From: Candidatus Velthaea sp. | Lineage (GTDB): Bacteria > Vulcanimicrobiota > Vulcanimicrobiia > Vulcanimicrobiales > Vulcanimicrobiaceae | DNA: 64,000 bases | Assembly (NCBI GenBank): GCA_965214935.1 | Contig: CBDCCS010000003.1 | Location: forward strand, 1-64,000 | Direction of reading: 5' to 3' | In this document: positions 1-8,993 of the stretch, in pieces | Numbering within the stretch: the stretch's first letter is position 1 | Layout of the letters: the number at the start of each line of letters is the position of its first letter | The notes under the pieces: generated by a model | What the model was told of the DNA's origin: nothing | The model's input: the letters and a program-made list of their open reading frames with translations, nothing else | The model's database searches: none | Position numbers and translations under genes: made by a program

Positions 1-1
1 G

Positions 2-460
2 ATCACCGCCGGTAACAGCTCGCAACTTTCGGACGGCGCAGCTGCGGTCGTCATCATGGATTCCAAGCTTGCCGAACAGCGCAACATCGAGCCGCTGGGA
101 ATCTATCGCGGGATGGTGGTCGCCGGCTGCGATCCGGGCGAAATGGGTATCGGACCGGTCTTCGCGGTGCCGGCACTGCTCGAACGTCACGGCCTGTCGG
201 TCGACGACATCGGGCTCTGGGAACTCAACGAAGCTTTCGCCGTGCAGACGCTGTACTGTCGCGACAGGCTCGGGATTCCATCCGAAAAACTCAACGTCGA
301 CGGCGGTGCAATTTCGATCGGGCATCCCTATGGCGTGAGCGGCGCGCGGATGGTCATGCACGCGCTCATCGAGGCGAAGCGCCGCAATGAAAAGTACGTC
401 GTCGTCACGATGTGCATCGGTGGCGGCATGGGCGCGGCCGGGCTGTTCGAGGTCGCCTAG
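2..460 (+). CDS. Acetyl-CoA C-acyltransferase (thiolase), 5'-truncated by the window edge
   Basis: Frame is open from base 2 ([16 protein letters not shown]). Thiolase C-terminal motifs NEAFA, GHPYG and CIGGGMG are present. Confidence 0.95.
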   Translation: MTAGNSSQLSDGAAAVVIMDSKLAEQRNIEPLGIYRGMVVAGCDPGEMGIGPVFAVPALLERHGLSVDDIGLWELNEAFAVQTLYCRDRLGIPSEKLNVDGGAISIGHPYGVSGARMVMHALIEAKRRNEKYVVVTMCIGGGMGAAGLFEVA

Positions 461-527
461 GACTTTCGGACGCGCAGGGCGCCGAGCGCTACGGCCGAAC
501 GCCGAGCCAGCTTTGGAACGAAGACTC

Positions 528-2102
528 GTGGTCGCTCGGCGCCGTTTGTGGCGCCTGACGGTGTTTGCAATGTGTTGCGCCGTGATGCTGCGGCCGGCGT
601 TTGCGTCTGCTGCCGCCGCTCCGGTTCGCGGCGGCGTTCTTCACGTCGCCTTCGCCGCCGAACCGGCGACGCTGGACTGGACCAGCACCACCGCCTATGC
701 GTGCCGTGAAGTCGCTTGGCACGTTTTCGAGCAGTTGTACACGATCGATCGTGACTATCACGCCGTGCCGATGCTTGCCGACGGCCTGCCGCGGGTTAGC
801 GCCGACGGCAAGACGGTCACGATCGGCTTGCGCCGCGGGGTGAAGTTTCATGACGGCTCGGTGCTCGGCGCAGCCGACGCCGTTGCCAGCATCGAGCGCT
901 GGGGGCAACTCTCCGGTGCCGGAAAGGCCGCGTTTCGCACGGTTACAAGCGTGCGCGCCGTCGATCCGCAAACGGTCGAAATCGGATTGCGCGCGCGGTT
1001 TGCACCGCTGCTCAATGACTTGGCCGACGTCAGCTCGGCGCTCGTGGTCGTGCCGGCTCGTATCGCACAAGCGGCCGGAACCAAACCGTTAACGCGCGAT
1101 CAACTCATTGGAACGGGTCCTTATCGATTCGAGTCGTGGGCGCCCGGCGAACGGCTCGTGCTCAAACGCTTCGATGGTTACGTTGCTCGCAACGACAACC
1201 CCGGTGGTCTGGGCGGCCGCAAAGTCGCTTATATCGATGAGATCGATTACGACGTCGTTAAAGACGCGCAAGTTCGGCTGTCCGGTTTGCAGACCGGGCA
1301 ATTCGCGTACGCGCAAGCGTTGTCCGAAGATGCCGCCGGCCAAGTGAAGCTGCTGCCCGGCGTCCGGGCCGATGCTATCGACCCATACGCTTGGGCCGCG
1401 CTCGTTCCGAACAAAGCCGGCGGTCCGCTTGCCGACGTCCGGATCCGTCAAGCGTTGGCGCTGGCGCTCGATCGAACGACCGCCGCCAAAGGCGCATTCG
1501 GCCCGAACGACTTCTGGTATCTCGACGGCTCGGTATTTTTTCCGGCGCAGCGCGGACTGCATACGACTGCCGGGACCAAAGCGTACGGCGATCGCAACGT
1601 TGAGCGTGCGAAAGCATTGCTCAAACAAGCCGGTTATGCCGGGCAGCCGATCGTGTATCTGACGACCAAGGATTATGCCTGGATGGACGATCTGGCTCAG
1701 GTCGTCGTCCCGCAATTGCAAGCGATCGGCTTGAACGTCGACGTGCAAACCTACGATTGGCCCACGGTGCTTGCCAAGCGCAGCGTGACGAGCGGTTGGG
1801 ATTTGTTCGCCACCGGTTTTAACATCGCGCTCGATCCGAGCGCGATGATCTGGGTGAATCCGCAGTGGCCCGGTTCGTATCAAAGTCCGCGGATGCAAGC
1901 GCTGCTGGCGAGTTGGGCGCTCGCAAGCGCACCGGCCGATAAACAGCGTTTGATCGTGCAGATGCAGCAAACGGTGTATGCCGAGTTTCCGGTTATCAAA
2001 ATCGCGAATTACAAGCAGCTCAATGCCTATACAGGACGGTTGCGCGGCTATACGCCGTATATGGATTTCACTTTTTGGAATACGTGGCTGGCACCGGCGT
2101 AG
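528..2102 (+). CDS. ABC transporter substrate-binding protein, family 5 (peptide/nickel)
   Basis: Signal peptide follows GTG at 528 (start estimated). Motifs EPATLD, LRRGVKFHDG and IGTGPY; followed by two permeases. Confidence 0.9.
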   Translation: MVARRRLWRLTVFAMCCAVMLRPAFASAAAAPVRGGVLHVAFAAEPATLDWTSTTAYACREVAWHVFEQLYTIDRDYHAVPMLADGLPRVSADGKTVTIGLRRGVKFHDGSVLGAADAVASIERWGQLSGAGKAAFRTVTSVRAVDPQTVEIGLRARFAPLLNDLADVSSALVVVPARIAQAAGTKPLTRDQLIGTGPYRFESWAPGERLVLKRFDGYVARNDNPGGLGGRKVAYIDEIDYDVVKDAQVRLSGLQTGQFAYAQALSEDAAGQVKLLPGVRADAIDPYAWAALVPNKAGGPLADVRIRQALALALDRTTAAKGAFGPNDFWYLDGSVFFPAQRGLHTTAGTKAYGDRNVERAKALLKQAGYAGQPIVYLTTKDYAWMDDLAQVVVPQLQAIGLNVDVQTYDWPTVLAKRSVTSGWDLFATGFNIALDPSAMIWVNPQWPGSYQSPRMQALLASWALASAPADKQRLIVQMQQTVYAEFPVIKIANYKQLNAYTGRLRGYTPYMDFTFWNTWLAPA

Positions 2103-2111
2103 CGTGATCTA

Positions 2112-3056
2112 GTGGGCGCCTATCTGGTGCGCCGGCTTGCTACGCTGCTGCCGGTGCTCTTGGTGGCCGGGGCGGTCGTTTTCACGCTGATCCATCTTGC
2201 ACCGGGCGATCCGGCAACGCTAATTGCCGGTCCGCAAGCAACATCCGTTCGGGTTGATGATTTGCGCCGACAACTCGGACTCGACGCACCGCTGCCCGTG
2301 CAATTCGGGCGCTGGCTCATCGCGCTGTTGCACGCCGATCTCGGCACGTCGCTGTATTTTAACGAGCCGGTCGGCGCGACGCTCGCCGCGCATGCCGGGC
2401 CGACGGTCAGCTTGACCTGCGTCGCTTTTACGCTGACGTTGGCAATTGCGATTCCGAGCGGTATCGCTGCAGCGATGTACGCGGGCACGCCGGCCGACCG
2501 GATCTTTCTCGCCGTCTCGCTGCTCGGTGTTTCCATTCCGAGCTTTTGGCTGGCCCTCGTCGTCATTCTCGTTTTCGCCGTGCACTTCGGCTGGTTTCCG
2601 GTCGCGGGCTACGTGCCGCTCGCGCACGGCTGGTGGCTGTGGCTGCGCGGCTTGACGTTGCCGGCATTCGTGCTCGCGGTGCAGCAGGCCGGACTTATCG
2701 CGCGCATCCTGCGCGACGCGCTGCTCGATGTGTTGCAGGCACCGTACATTCAAACGGCACACGCGAAAGGGCTGCCGCCGAGCCGCATTCTGTTGCGGCA
2801 TGCGCTGCGCAACGCGCTCGTTCCGACCGCTACCGTCGCCGGCACGAGTCTCGCAGCACTCCTCGGCGGCGCCGTCGTCACCGAGACGGTTTTCAGCATA
2901 CCGGGCATCGGGCAACTGATCGTCGACTCCGTCGCGCGCCGTGACTTTCCGGTCATCGCCGGCGCGGTGTTGCTGGCCGCCGGTGTGTACGTTGCGGTCA
3001 ACGCAATCGTCGATGTATCGTACACGTTGATCGATCCGCGCATTCGCTACGAGTAA
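2112..3056 (+). CDS. Peptide ABC transporter permease (OppB/DppB-like)
   Basis: PGDPA, LGLDAPLPVQF, EAA-like loop TAHAKGL, ETVFSIPGIG and terminal DPRIR. Confidence 0.95.
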   Translation: MGAYLVRRLATLLPVLLVAGAVVFTLIHLAPGDPATLIAGPQATSVRVDDLRRQLGLDAPLPVQFGRWLIALLHADLGTSLYFNEPVGATLAAHAGPTVSLTCVAFTLTLAIAIPSGIAAAMYAGTPADRIFLAVSLLGVSIPSFWLALVVILVFAVHFGWFPVAGYVPLAHGWWLWLRGLTLPAFVLAVQQAGLIARILRDALLDVLQAPYIQTAHAKGLPPSRILLRHALRNALVPTATVAGTSLAALLGGAVVTETVFSIPGIGQLIVDSVARRDFPVIAGAVLLAAGVYVAVNAIVDVSYTLIDPRIRYE

Positions 3057-3877
3057 TGCGCGCCGTGATTCGCCGGCCGCCGGCAATACTCGCCGCCGCG
3101 GTGTTCGTCGCGCTCATCGCTGCGGCGTTTAGCGCGCCGCTCTGGGCTGCCGCGCCGAACGCCGTGCATGTATTCGCACGGCTTTCGCCACCGTCGGCGG
3201 TCCATTGGTTCGGCACCGATAATTTAGGCCGCGACTTACTGAGCCGGGTCGTTTATGGCGCCCAAACGTCGCTGACGATCGGGGCCGGAGTGACGATCGC
3301 ATCGACGGTTGCCGGCACGGTTTGCGGTTTGCTTGCCGGGTATTATCCGCGTGTCGACGCCTGGCTCATGCGTTTGCTCGATGGATTGATGGCATTTCCG
3401 GCACTGCTGCTCGCGCTGGCTATCGTCGCCGTGCTTGGGGCCGATGCGCCCAACGAAATCCTCGCGCTAACGATCGTTTTCTGGCCGCGCACCGTCCGGG
3501 TCGTGCGTGCGTCGACTCTCCAATTACGTCGCCGTCCCTTCGTCGAAGCGGCAATCGCGATCGGCGCGAACGACTCGCTCATCTTGCGCAAATACATCCT
3601 CGGTCATGCGTTCGGTCCGCTCATCGTTCAAGCAACGTTCGTGTATGCCGAAGCGCTATTGGCCGATGCGGCACTCAGCTTTCTGGGCTTGGGAGTCAAA
3701 TCGCCCGCCCCGACGTGGGGCAATATCTTGAGTGATTCACGCGCGTACCTCGTCAATGCCCCGTGGTTTTCGCTGTTTGCCGGAACGGCGATCGTCGTGA
3801 CGGTGCTGGCGCTCAATGTGTTGGGCGAGTCTTTGCGCGAGCTTCTCGATCCGCGTGCCGCGCGGCCCTTGCCGTAG
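3056..3877 (+). CDS. Peptide ABC transporter permease (OppC/DppC-like)
   Basis: HWFGTDNLGRD, FVEAAIAIGA, LSFLGLG and PTWG motifs; start overlaps the upstream stop codon. Confidence 0.95.
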   Translation: MRAVIRRPPAILAAAVFVALIAAAFSAPLWAAAPNAVHVFARLSPPSAVHWFGTDNLGRDLLSRVVYGAQTSLTIGAGVTIASTVAGTVCGLLAGYYPRVDAWLMRLLDGLMAFPALLLALAIVAVLGADAPNEILALTIVFWPRTVRVVRASTLQLRRRPFVEAAIAIGANDSLILRKYILGHAFGPLIVQATFVYAEALLADAALSFLGLGVKSPAPTWGNILSDSRAYLVNAPWFSLFAGTAIVVTVLALNVLGESLRELLDPRAARPLP

Positions 3878-3978
3878 TGCGCCTTTCGCTAACGCGCCGG
3901 GACCTTGGACGCCTGGCAAGCTCCGGCGGCAATGGTGTAATAGCTCGATAGCCGCCGTGATCACCAAGGTCGTGCGTT

Positions 3979-4653
3979 TTGTTGACGAAGCCCGTTTGCG
4001 CCCTACTCGGATTTGCGGCGTTGTTCGCCGGGCCGGTCGCTGCCGCCGCCGAAGCGCCGCCGATTTTTGTCGGCGGGCAGTTTATCCGGCAAACCGCAAT
4101 CTCCGACGATCGCGGTCATTTGCTGGTCCCCGTCCGCGGCATTTTTGAAGCTTTTGGCGCGAACGTGATGTATACGCCGCCCCGCATCGTCGTCGTGCGA
4201 AAGAATGAAGCGATCGTCGCCGGCCTCGTCATCGGACGGCGAAGTGCCGTCGTCGCCAACCGGCACCGCATTCTCGATGCCGCGCCGCTGCGACTGCACG
4301 GCCATGTCTACGTTCCGTTACGCGCAATCGCCGAGATTGCCGGCGCAACGGTGATCTATTCGCGCCGCCCGCGCCTCGTCGACATTCGCTTCGCGCGCAA
4401 CGCCTATGCGCCGTCGATCGTGCCGCACCTCGAAGCCGACGATGCGGCGGCGACGCTGCCGTCGTGGGCTTATGCGCTCGTCGCATTGAGCGTGCTGGCG
4501 TTTTTGCTTGAAATCGGGCGCCGGCTCAAAGGCGCAATCCGGCGCAATGCCGCGCCGCTGCCGCGCACGCCGCACTTAGCGGGTTTGCCGACGCAATTCC
4601 CGTACGCCGTCGATCCCGGCCACCAGAACGGTATCGGCAAGATTGCTAAATAA
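3979..4653 (+). CDS. Secreted/membrane-anchored protein with copper amine oxidase N-terminal (stalk) domain
   Basis: Signal peptide, two LVPVR/YVPLR..AE..GA.V repeats typical of the stalk domain, C-terminal TM helix. The 3' end overlaps the convergent rpiA. Confidence 0.75.
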   Translation: MLTKPVCALLGFAALFAGPVAAAAEAPPIFVGGQFIRQTAISDDRGHLLVPVRGIFEAFGANVMYTPPRIVVVRKNEAIVAGLVIGRRSAVVANRHRILDAAPLRLHGHVYVPLRAIAEIAGATVIYSRRPRLVDIRFARNAYAPSIVPHLEADDAAATLPSWAYALVALSVLAFLLEIGRRLKGAIRRNAAPLPRTPHLAGLPTQFPYAVDPGHQNGIGKIAK

Positions 4654-5268
4654 GCCGGCATCAACGACTCCGTGAATCGAGCGTAACTCGGCTTCGCGTT
4701 CGGACGGGTCGGCGATTGCACCGAACGCACAGTCGAGAATCGCGTTGCCGTTGTCGCTTACGAACGGCGAGCCGCTGCCGCGCCGCCGGATAACGACGTG
4801 CGGATATGCCGCGTGAATCTCGCTTTCCACCCAGCTTAGCGCAAAGGGCACGACTTCGAGCGGCGTCGGAAACCTCCCCAGCCGATCGACGAGCTTTGAT
4901 TCGTCGACGATCACGACGAAGATCTCGGCCGCAAGCGCGAGTGCTTTCTCACGGAAGAGCGCGCCGCCGCCGCCCTTGGTCAACGCGAAGTCCGGCGCGA
5001 CTTCGTCGGCACCGTCGATTGCGACCGCGATCGGACGTTGCATGAGACCGGTTAACGGAATGCCGGCTTCACGGCATAACGCTTCGGTTGCAACCGACGA
5101 AGCCACCGCCACGATCGACTCGCCGCCTGCGACGCGCTCTCCGACGCGCCGGATCGCATGATAGGCAGTGCTGCCCGTGCCGAGGCCGATGCACATGCCG
5201 TCGCGCACGAAGCGTTCGACGGCGGCTTCGGCTGCGGCGCGTTTGCGCTCGTCCGCCGATCCGTTCAT
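4576..5268 (-). CDS. rpiA: Ribose-5-phosphate isomerase A
   Basis: GLGTGST, IDGADEV, KGGGGALFREK and SDNGNAILD motifs. Confidence 0.97.
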   Translation of the reverse strand: MNGSADERKRAAAEAAVERFVRDGMCIGLGTGSTAYHAIRRVGERVAGGESIVAVASSVATEALCREAGIPLTGLMQRPIAVAIDGADEVAPDFALTKGGGGALFREKALALAAEIFVVIVDESKLVDRLGRFPTPLEVVPFALSWVESEIHAAYPHVVIRRRGSGSPFVSDNGNAILDCAFGAIADPSEREAELRSIHGVVDAGLFSNLADTVLVAGIDGVRELRRQTR

Positions 5269-5888
5269 GCGTCGGCCGGCGGCGAATGCGGTGCGAACGT
5301 GCGGTCCACGCGCCAGCAGCGCACGAGTTCCTCGGTGTATGGAGCAAACAGCAAGGACCCGATCAATGCGAAAATTCCGGCGATGTACCGCCGGCTCAGC
5401 GGCGGCGCTTTAAGCTTGAGTGCCCACGCACGCCGTGTCGTTCCGCGGCCGAATAACGCCGCGGTTTGCGCCGGATGGAGGCTGAGCATCGAGGTCAACG
5501 CCATGAGCGGCACCACTTCGAGAAAACTATGTGCGTGCTGCTCGCTGGGACTCGGACGTCGTAACGGCTCGGCGTACGCAATATCCCACAACGTCAGCGC
5601 CTCATGCAGTGCCACGCCGCCGATCATGGCGGCAACCGTCCCGGCATTGACTTCGAGCAAGAGCGCCATGAGCGTCGGGATCCCGATCGTCGTCATTTGC
5701 AATGCATGCAGCATCGACTCGTGGGTGCCGCTCGTATGTTCGATATCGGATTTGCGATGCAGCAAGTAATCGACAAACCCCGGAATCGTCCAGAGCGGTA
5801 AGATTCCATACAACAGCACGCGTTGCAGCGCGCGCGCAACGTCGAGCGGCCGGGCAAAATCGTCTGCCGGCGGATTGAGGTCTTCCAA
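5265..5888 (-). CDS. Conserved-looking His-rich integral membrane protein of unknown function
   Basis: Several TM segments with DYLLHR, ESMLH, LHEALTLWD and EQHAHSFLE. GGAGG lies upstream of TTG at 5888 (start estimated); the stop overlaps the rpiA start. Confidence 0.7.
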   Translation of the reverse strand: MEDLNPPADDFARPLDVARALQRVLLYGILPLWTIPGFVDYLLHRKSDIEHTSGTHESMLHALQMTTIGIPTLMALLLEVNAGTVAAMIGGVALHEALTLWDIAYAEPLRRPSPSEQHAHSFLEVVPLMALTSMLSLHPAQTAALFGRGTTRRAWALKLKAPPLSRRYIAGIFALIGSLLFAPYTEELVRCWRVDRTFAPHSPPADA

Positions 5889-5994
5889 TCGTGTCACCTC
5901 CGAGCGGGCTTTCCGGCGGAACGAACGGCCGATGCACGTTTCGCGGTCGCTCCGCCGGGCAGGGCTTGCACGACGCAACGACTCATTGGCGCAC

Positions 5995-6441
5995 ATGACG
6001 CGCGACGAACTTACTCGTAAGATTCACTCGATTAAGCGCAAGAAGCATCTGACCTGGCAATTTATTGCGCGCGAAACATCGAGCGGTTCACCGATTCTGA
6101 CCACCGCGGCGCTGTTCGGGCAAATGCGCTTGACGCCCGACGAAGCCGCCGCTGCTGCGCGCGTGCTCGAATTGGATGCGGATGAGGCGCAATTATTGAC
6201 GGAAATTCCGTATCGCGGGTCGCTGCCGCCCGGACCGCCGACGGACCCGCTCATCGCGCGGCTCTACGAACTCGTTCAGGTCTACGGCACCACTTGGAAA
6301 GCGCTGATCGAAGAAGAGTTCGGCGACGGTATCATGAGCGCGATCGATTTCGACATGTCGTTGACTCGCGTAGCCGACCCGGAAGGCGATCGCGTGCAGC
6401 TTACGCTTAACGGTAAATTCTTGCCCTACCGGCGGTATTAG
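5995..6441 (+). CDS. cynS: Cyanate hydratase (cyanase)
   Basis: [22 protein letters not shown] and GKFLPY signatures; 148 aa from ATG at 5995. Confidence 0.95.
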   Translation: MTRDELTRKIHSIKRKKHLTWQFIARETSSGSPILTTAALFGQMRLTPDEAAAAARVLELDADEAQLLTEIPYRGSLPPGPPTDPLIARLYELVQVYGTTWKALIEEEFGDGIMSAIDFDMSLTRVADPEGDRVQLTLNGKFLPYRRY

Positions 6442-6466
6442 TCCGCGTAGACGCAAAGGAGCGATA

Positions 6467-7975
6467 ATGAGCATTGCCGAGCAGACGCAAACGCACTTCG
6501 TCGAACACTACATCAACGGAGCGCGCTATGCCGGCTCGAGCGGGCGTAGCGCGCGTGTGTTCGATCCGGCCACGGGTGACGTCGGCAGCCACGTCCGGTT
6601 GGCTGATGTCGCCGACGTTCGTGCCGCCGTCGATGCGGCGCAAGCGGCGTTGCCGGCTTGGGCCGAGCTGACGCCCCTACGGCGTGCGCGCATCATGTTC
6701 AAATTTAAGGAACTGCTCGAAGCGCACGCCGACGATCTCGCGAAAATCATCACGCGCGAACATGGAAAGGTCGTGAGCGACGCGCGCGGCGAGGTCACGC
6801 GCGGACTTGAAGTCGTCGAGTTTGCCTGCGGTATTCCGCATCTGCTCAAAGGCGAGTTTTCGGAAAACGTCGGCGGCGGTATCGATAGCTGGTCGATGCG
6901 TCAACCGGTCGGCGTGTGCGCGGGGATCACGCCGTTTAATTTTCCGGTCATGGTTCCGATGTGGATGTTTCCGGTTGCAATCGCTTGCGGTAACACCTTC
7001 GTGCTCAAACCATCGGAGCGCGATCCGTCGGCAAGTCTGGCGATCGCCGATCTCTTGGCTCGGGCCGGTTTACCCGACGGTGTGTTCAACGTGGTGCAAG
7101 GCGACAAAACCGCAGTCGATGCGCTGCTCGAAGATTCGCGCGTTGCGGCCGTTAGTTTCGTCGGCTCGACGCCGATCGCGCGCTATATCTACGCGAGGGC
7201 CGCTGCTGCGGGCAAGCGCGTTCAAGCTCTGGGCGGTGCGAAAAATCATGCAATCGTGTTACCGGATTGCGATCTCGATGCAACCGTCGAAGCGTTGACC
7301 GGGGCCGCTTACGGTTCGGCCGGCGAACGCTGTATGGCCGTCTCCGTTGCGGTCGCGGTCGGTGATATCGCCGATGAACTCGTCGCGCGACTGGCGGTGC
7401 GCGCTCGCACGCTTAAGGTCGCGACCGGGACCGATCCGGATGCCGAGATGGGCCCGCTCGTTACCGCCGAGCATCAGGCGAAAGTGCGCGCCTACATCGA
7501 TACCGGGGTTGCCGAGGGCGCAACGATCGTTACCGACGGACGTGAATTTCACGCTGCGGGCGGCGGGTTTTTCCTGGGCGGAACGCTTTTCGACGACGTC
7601 ACGCCGGAGATGACGATCTACCGCGACGAGATTTTTGGTCCGGTATTGAGCGTCGTGCGAGTCGCCGACTTAGCGGCCGCGATCGATCTGGTAAATGCGA
7701 ATCGCTACGGCAACGGCGTTGCGATTTTTACGCGCGACGGTGCGGGCGCACGCGACTTCGTCCATCGCATCGGGGTCGGAATGATCGGGATCAACGTGCC
7801 GATCCCAGTGCCGATGGCTTTTCACAGCTTCGGCGGCTGGAAAGAATCGCTCTTCGGCGATCATGCCGTTCACGGTACCGAAGGCGTGCATTTTTACACC
7901 CGTTTGAAGACCGTCACCGCGCGCTGGCCGCGTGGTGCGGCTGCCGGCAGTACGTTCGCAATGCCGACGCACTAG
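6467..7975 (+). CDS. mmsA: CoA-acylating (methyl)malonate-semialdehyde dehydrogenase
   Basis: ITPFNFP, KPSERDP, FVGST, GGAKNH, GERCMA and EIFGPV motifs; AAAGGAG RBS upstream. Confidence 0.93.
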   Translation: MSIAEQTQTHFVEHYINGARYAGSSGRSARVFDPATGDVGSHVRLADVADVRAAVDAAQAALPAWAELTPLRRARIMFKFKELLEAHADDLAKIITREHGKVVSDARGEVTRGLEVVEFACGIPHLLKGEFSENVGGGIDSWSMRQPVGVCAGITPFNFPVMVPMWMFPVAIACGNTFVLKPSERDPSASLAIADLLARAGLPDGVFNVVQGDKTAVDALLEDSRVAAVSFVGSTPIARYIYARAAAAGKRVQALGGAKNHAIVLPDCDLDATVEALTGAAYGSAGERCMAVSVAVAVGDIADELVARLAVRARTLKVATGTDPDAEMGPLVTAEHQAKVRAYIDTGVAEGATIVTDGREFHAAGGGFFLGGTLFDDVTPEMTIYRDEIFGPVLSVVRVADLAAAIDLVNANRYGNGVAIFTRDGAGARDFVHRIGVGMIGINVPIPVPMAFHSFGGWKESLFGDHAVHGTEGVHFYTRLKTVTARWPRGAAAGSTFAMPTH

Positions 7976-7985
7976 CGCAACGCCG

Positions 7986-8807
7986 CTAAAAAGCGAAGTT
8001 ACGATACGATTCGGTAGCGACGACTGCTGCAGCGTCGTCGACGACCGGATTGAAGCGCAGCAAATAGCGCTGACGTTCGCTCAACCGCGCCCACGCATTG
8101 CTGCCGATCCGGATGCCGACTTCGGGCCGGAACAGCCAGCGGCGCGAGTATCCCAGAACGATCATCGGGCGCGGTGTGTCCGTGGTATTCGGCGTGCCGC
8201 GATGCAGACCGCGCACGTCCCGAACGAGCACGTCGCCGACGCGCATATCGACCGGCTCGAGCGCAATCTCACCGCGTTCAAGCCGTCCGAGTCCAGTTTC
8301 TTTTGTCTGCTCGTGCGTGCCGCGCGCAATCTCGGTCGGTCCATTCGCAGCTGAAACATCGACGAGCGGGAAATTTACGGCGAGCTGATACGGCGGTGTT
8401 TCGGCGGCCAACTCGGGAAACAGCGGCAGCGCATCGCGATGTACCGGCTGCGTTTGCGATCCGAGCAGCGGCGTGTCGGATGCAAGCTGACACAGCCACA
8501 TATCGTCGCCGACGAGCAACCGGCAGAGGTTGACGATGTCGGCATTTTCAAAAACGTGCGGGTCATCGAACGGTGCCGAAAACGGCAGGGTGACGTAGTG
8601 GCGCGCACTGCCGCGATTCTGCTGCGCGCCTTGCGTCTCGAGATGCTGCGCGAGCAGCGGTTGAAACGCCTCGTGCCAAGCCGCGATCAGCGACCGCTCG
8701 AAATGCTGCGGTAGCAGCACGAAGCCGTCGCGCCGGAATTGCCCTGCAAATGCCTGCAGTTCGACATCCGTGTAGCGCCCTTGAACCGTTGTGTTCGATG
8801 TGCTCAT
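7986..8807 (-). CDS. Phytanoyl-CoA dioxygenase (PhyH) family Fe(II)/2-oxoglutarate oxygenase
   Basis: FRRDGF, HRD (HxD), NGPTEI..GTH, GDVL, LHRG and TPR motifs. Start placed at MSTSNT (8807); the longer ORF extension overlaps the divergent gene. Confidence 0.85.
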   Translation of the reverse strand: MSTSNTTVQGRYTDVELQAFAGQFRRDGFVLLPQHFERSLIAAWHEAFQPLLAQHLETQGAQQNRGSARHYVTLPFSAPFDDPHVFENADIVNLCRLLVGDDMWLCQLASDTPLLGSQTQPVHRDALPLFPELAAETPPYQLAVNFPLVDVSAANGPTEIARGTHEQTKETGLGRLERGEIALEPVDMRVGDVLVRDVRGLHRGTPNTTDTPRPMIVLGYSRRWLFRPEVGIRIGSNAWARLSERQRYLLRFNPVVDDAAAVVATESYRNFAF

Positions 8808-8993
8808 AGGTGCGCATACGCCTCGCGCATGCCGGCGCTCCTGCACTCCAGGCGGACGACGCACGGGCGGCCGGCGTACTCGGCAAAGCTTGCAGCGGTA
8901 TCCGATCTCGAGACGGTGAAGAAGCAAGAGTCTGTCAAAGTTGCACACGAACGAAAGGGGACGGTTGTCGTCGGACTTGGTCCAGCCGCGAAT

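Noticed and set aside
3925..3957. tRNA-like text (GGTGTAATAGCTCG) within a 6-bp inverted repeat
   Set aside because: No cloverleaf, T-loop (GTTCRA) or acceptor stem.
4576..4653. 78-nt convergent overlap between the stalk-domain gene and rpiA
   Set aside because: Most simply a stop-codon run-on in GC-rich DNA; no evidence of function.
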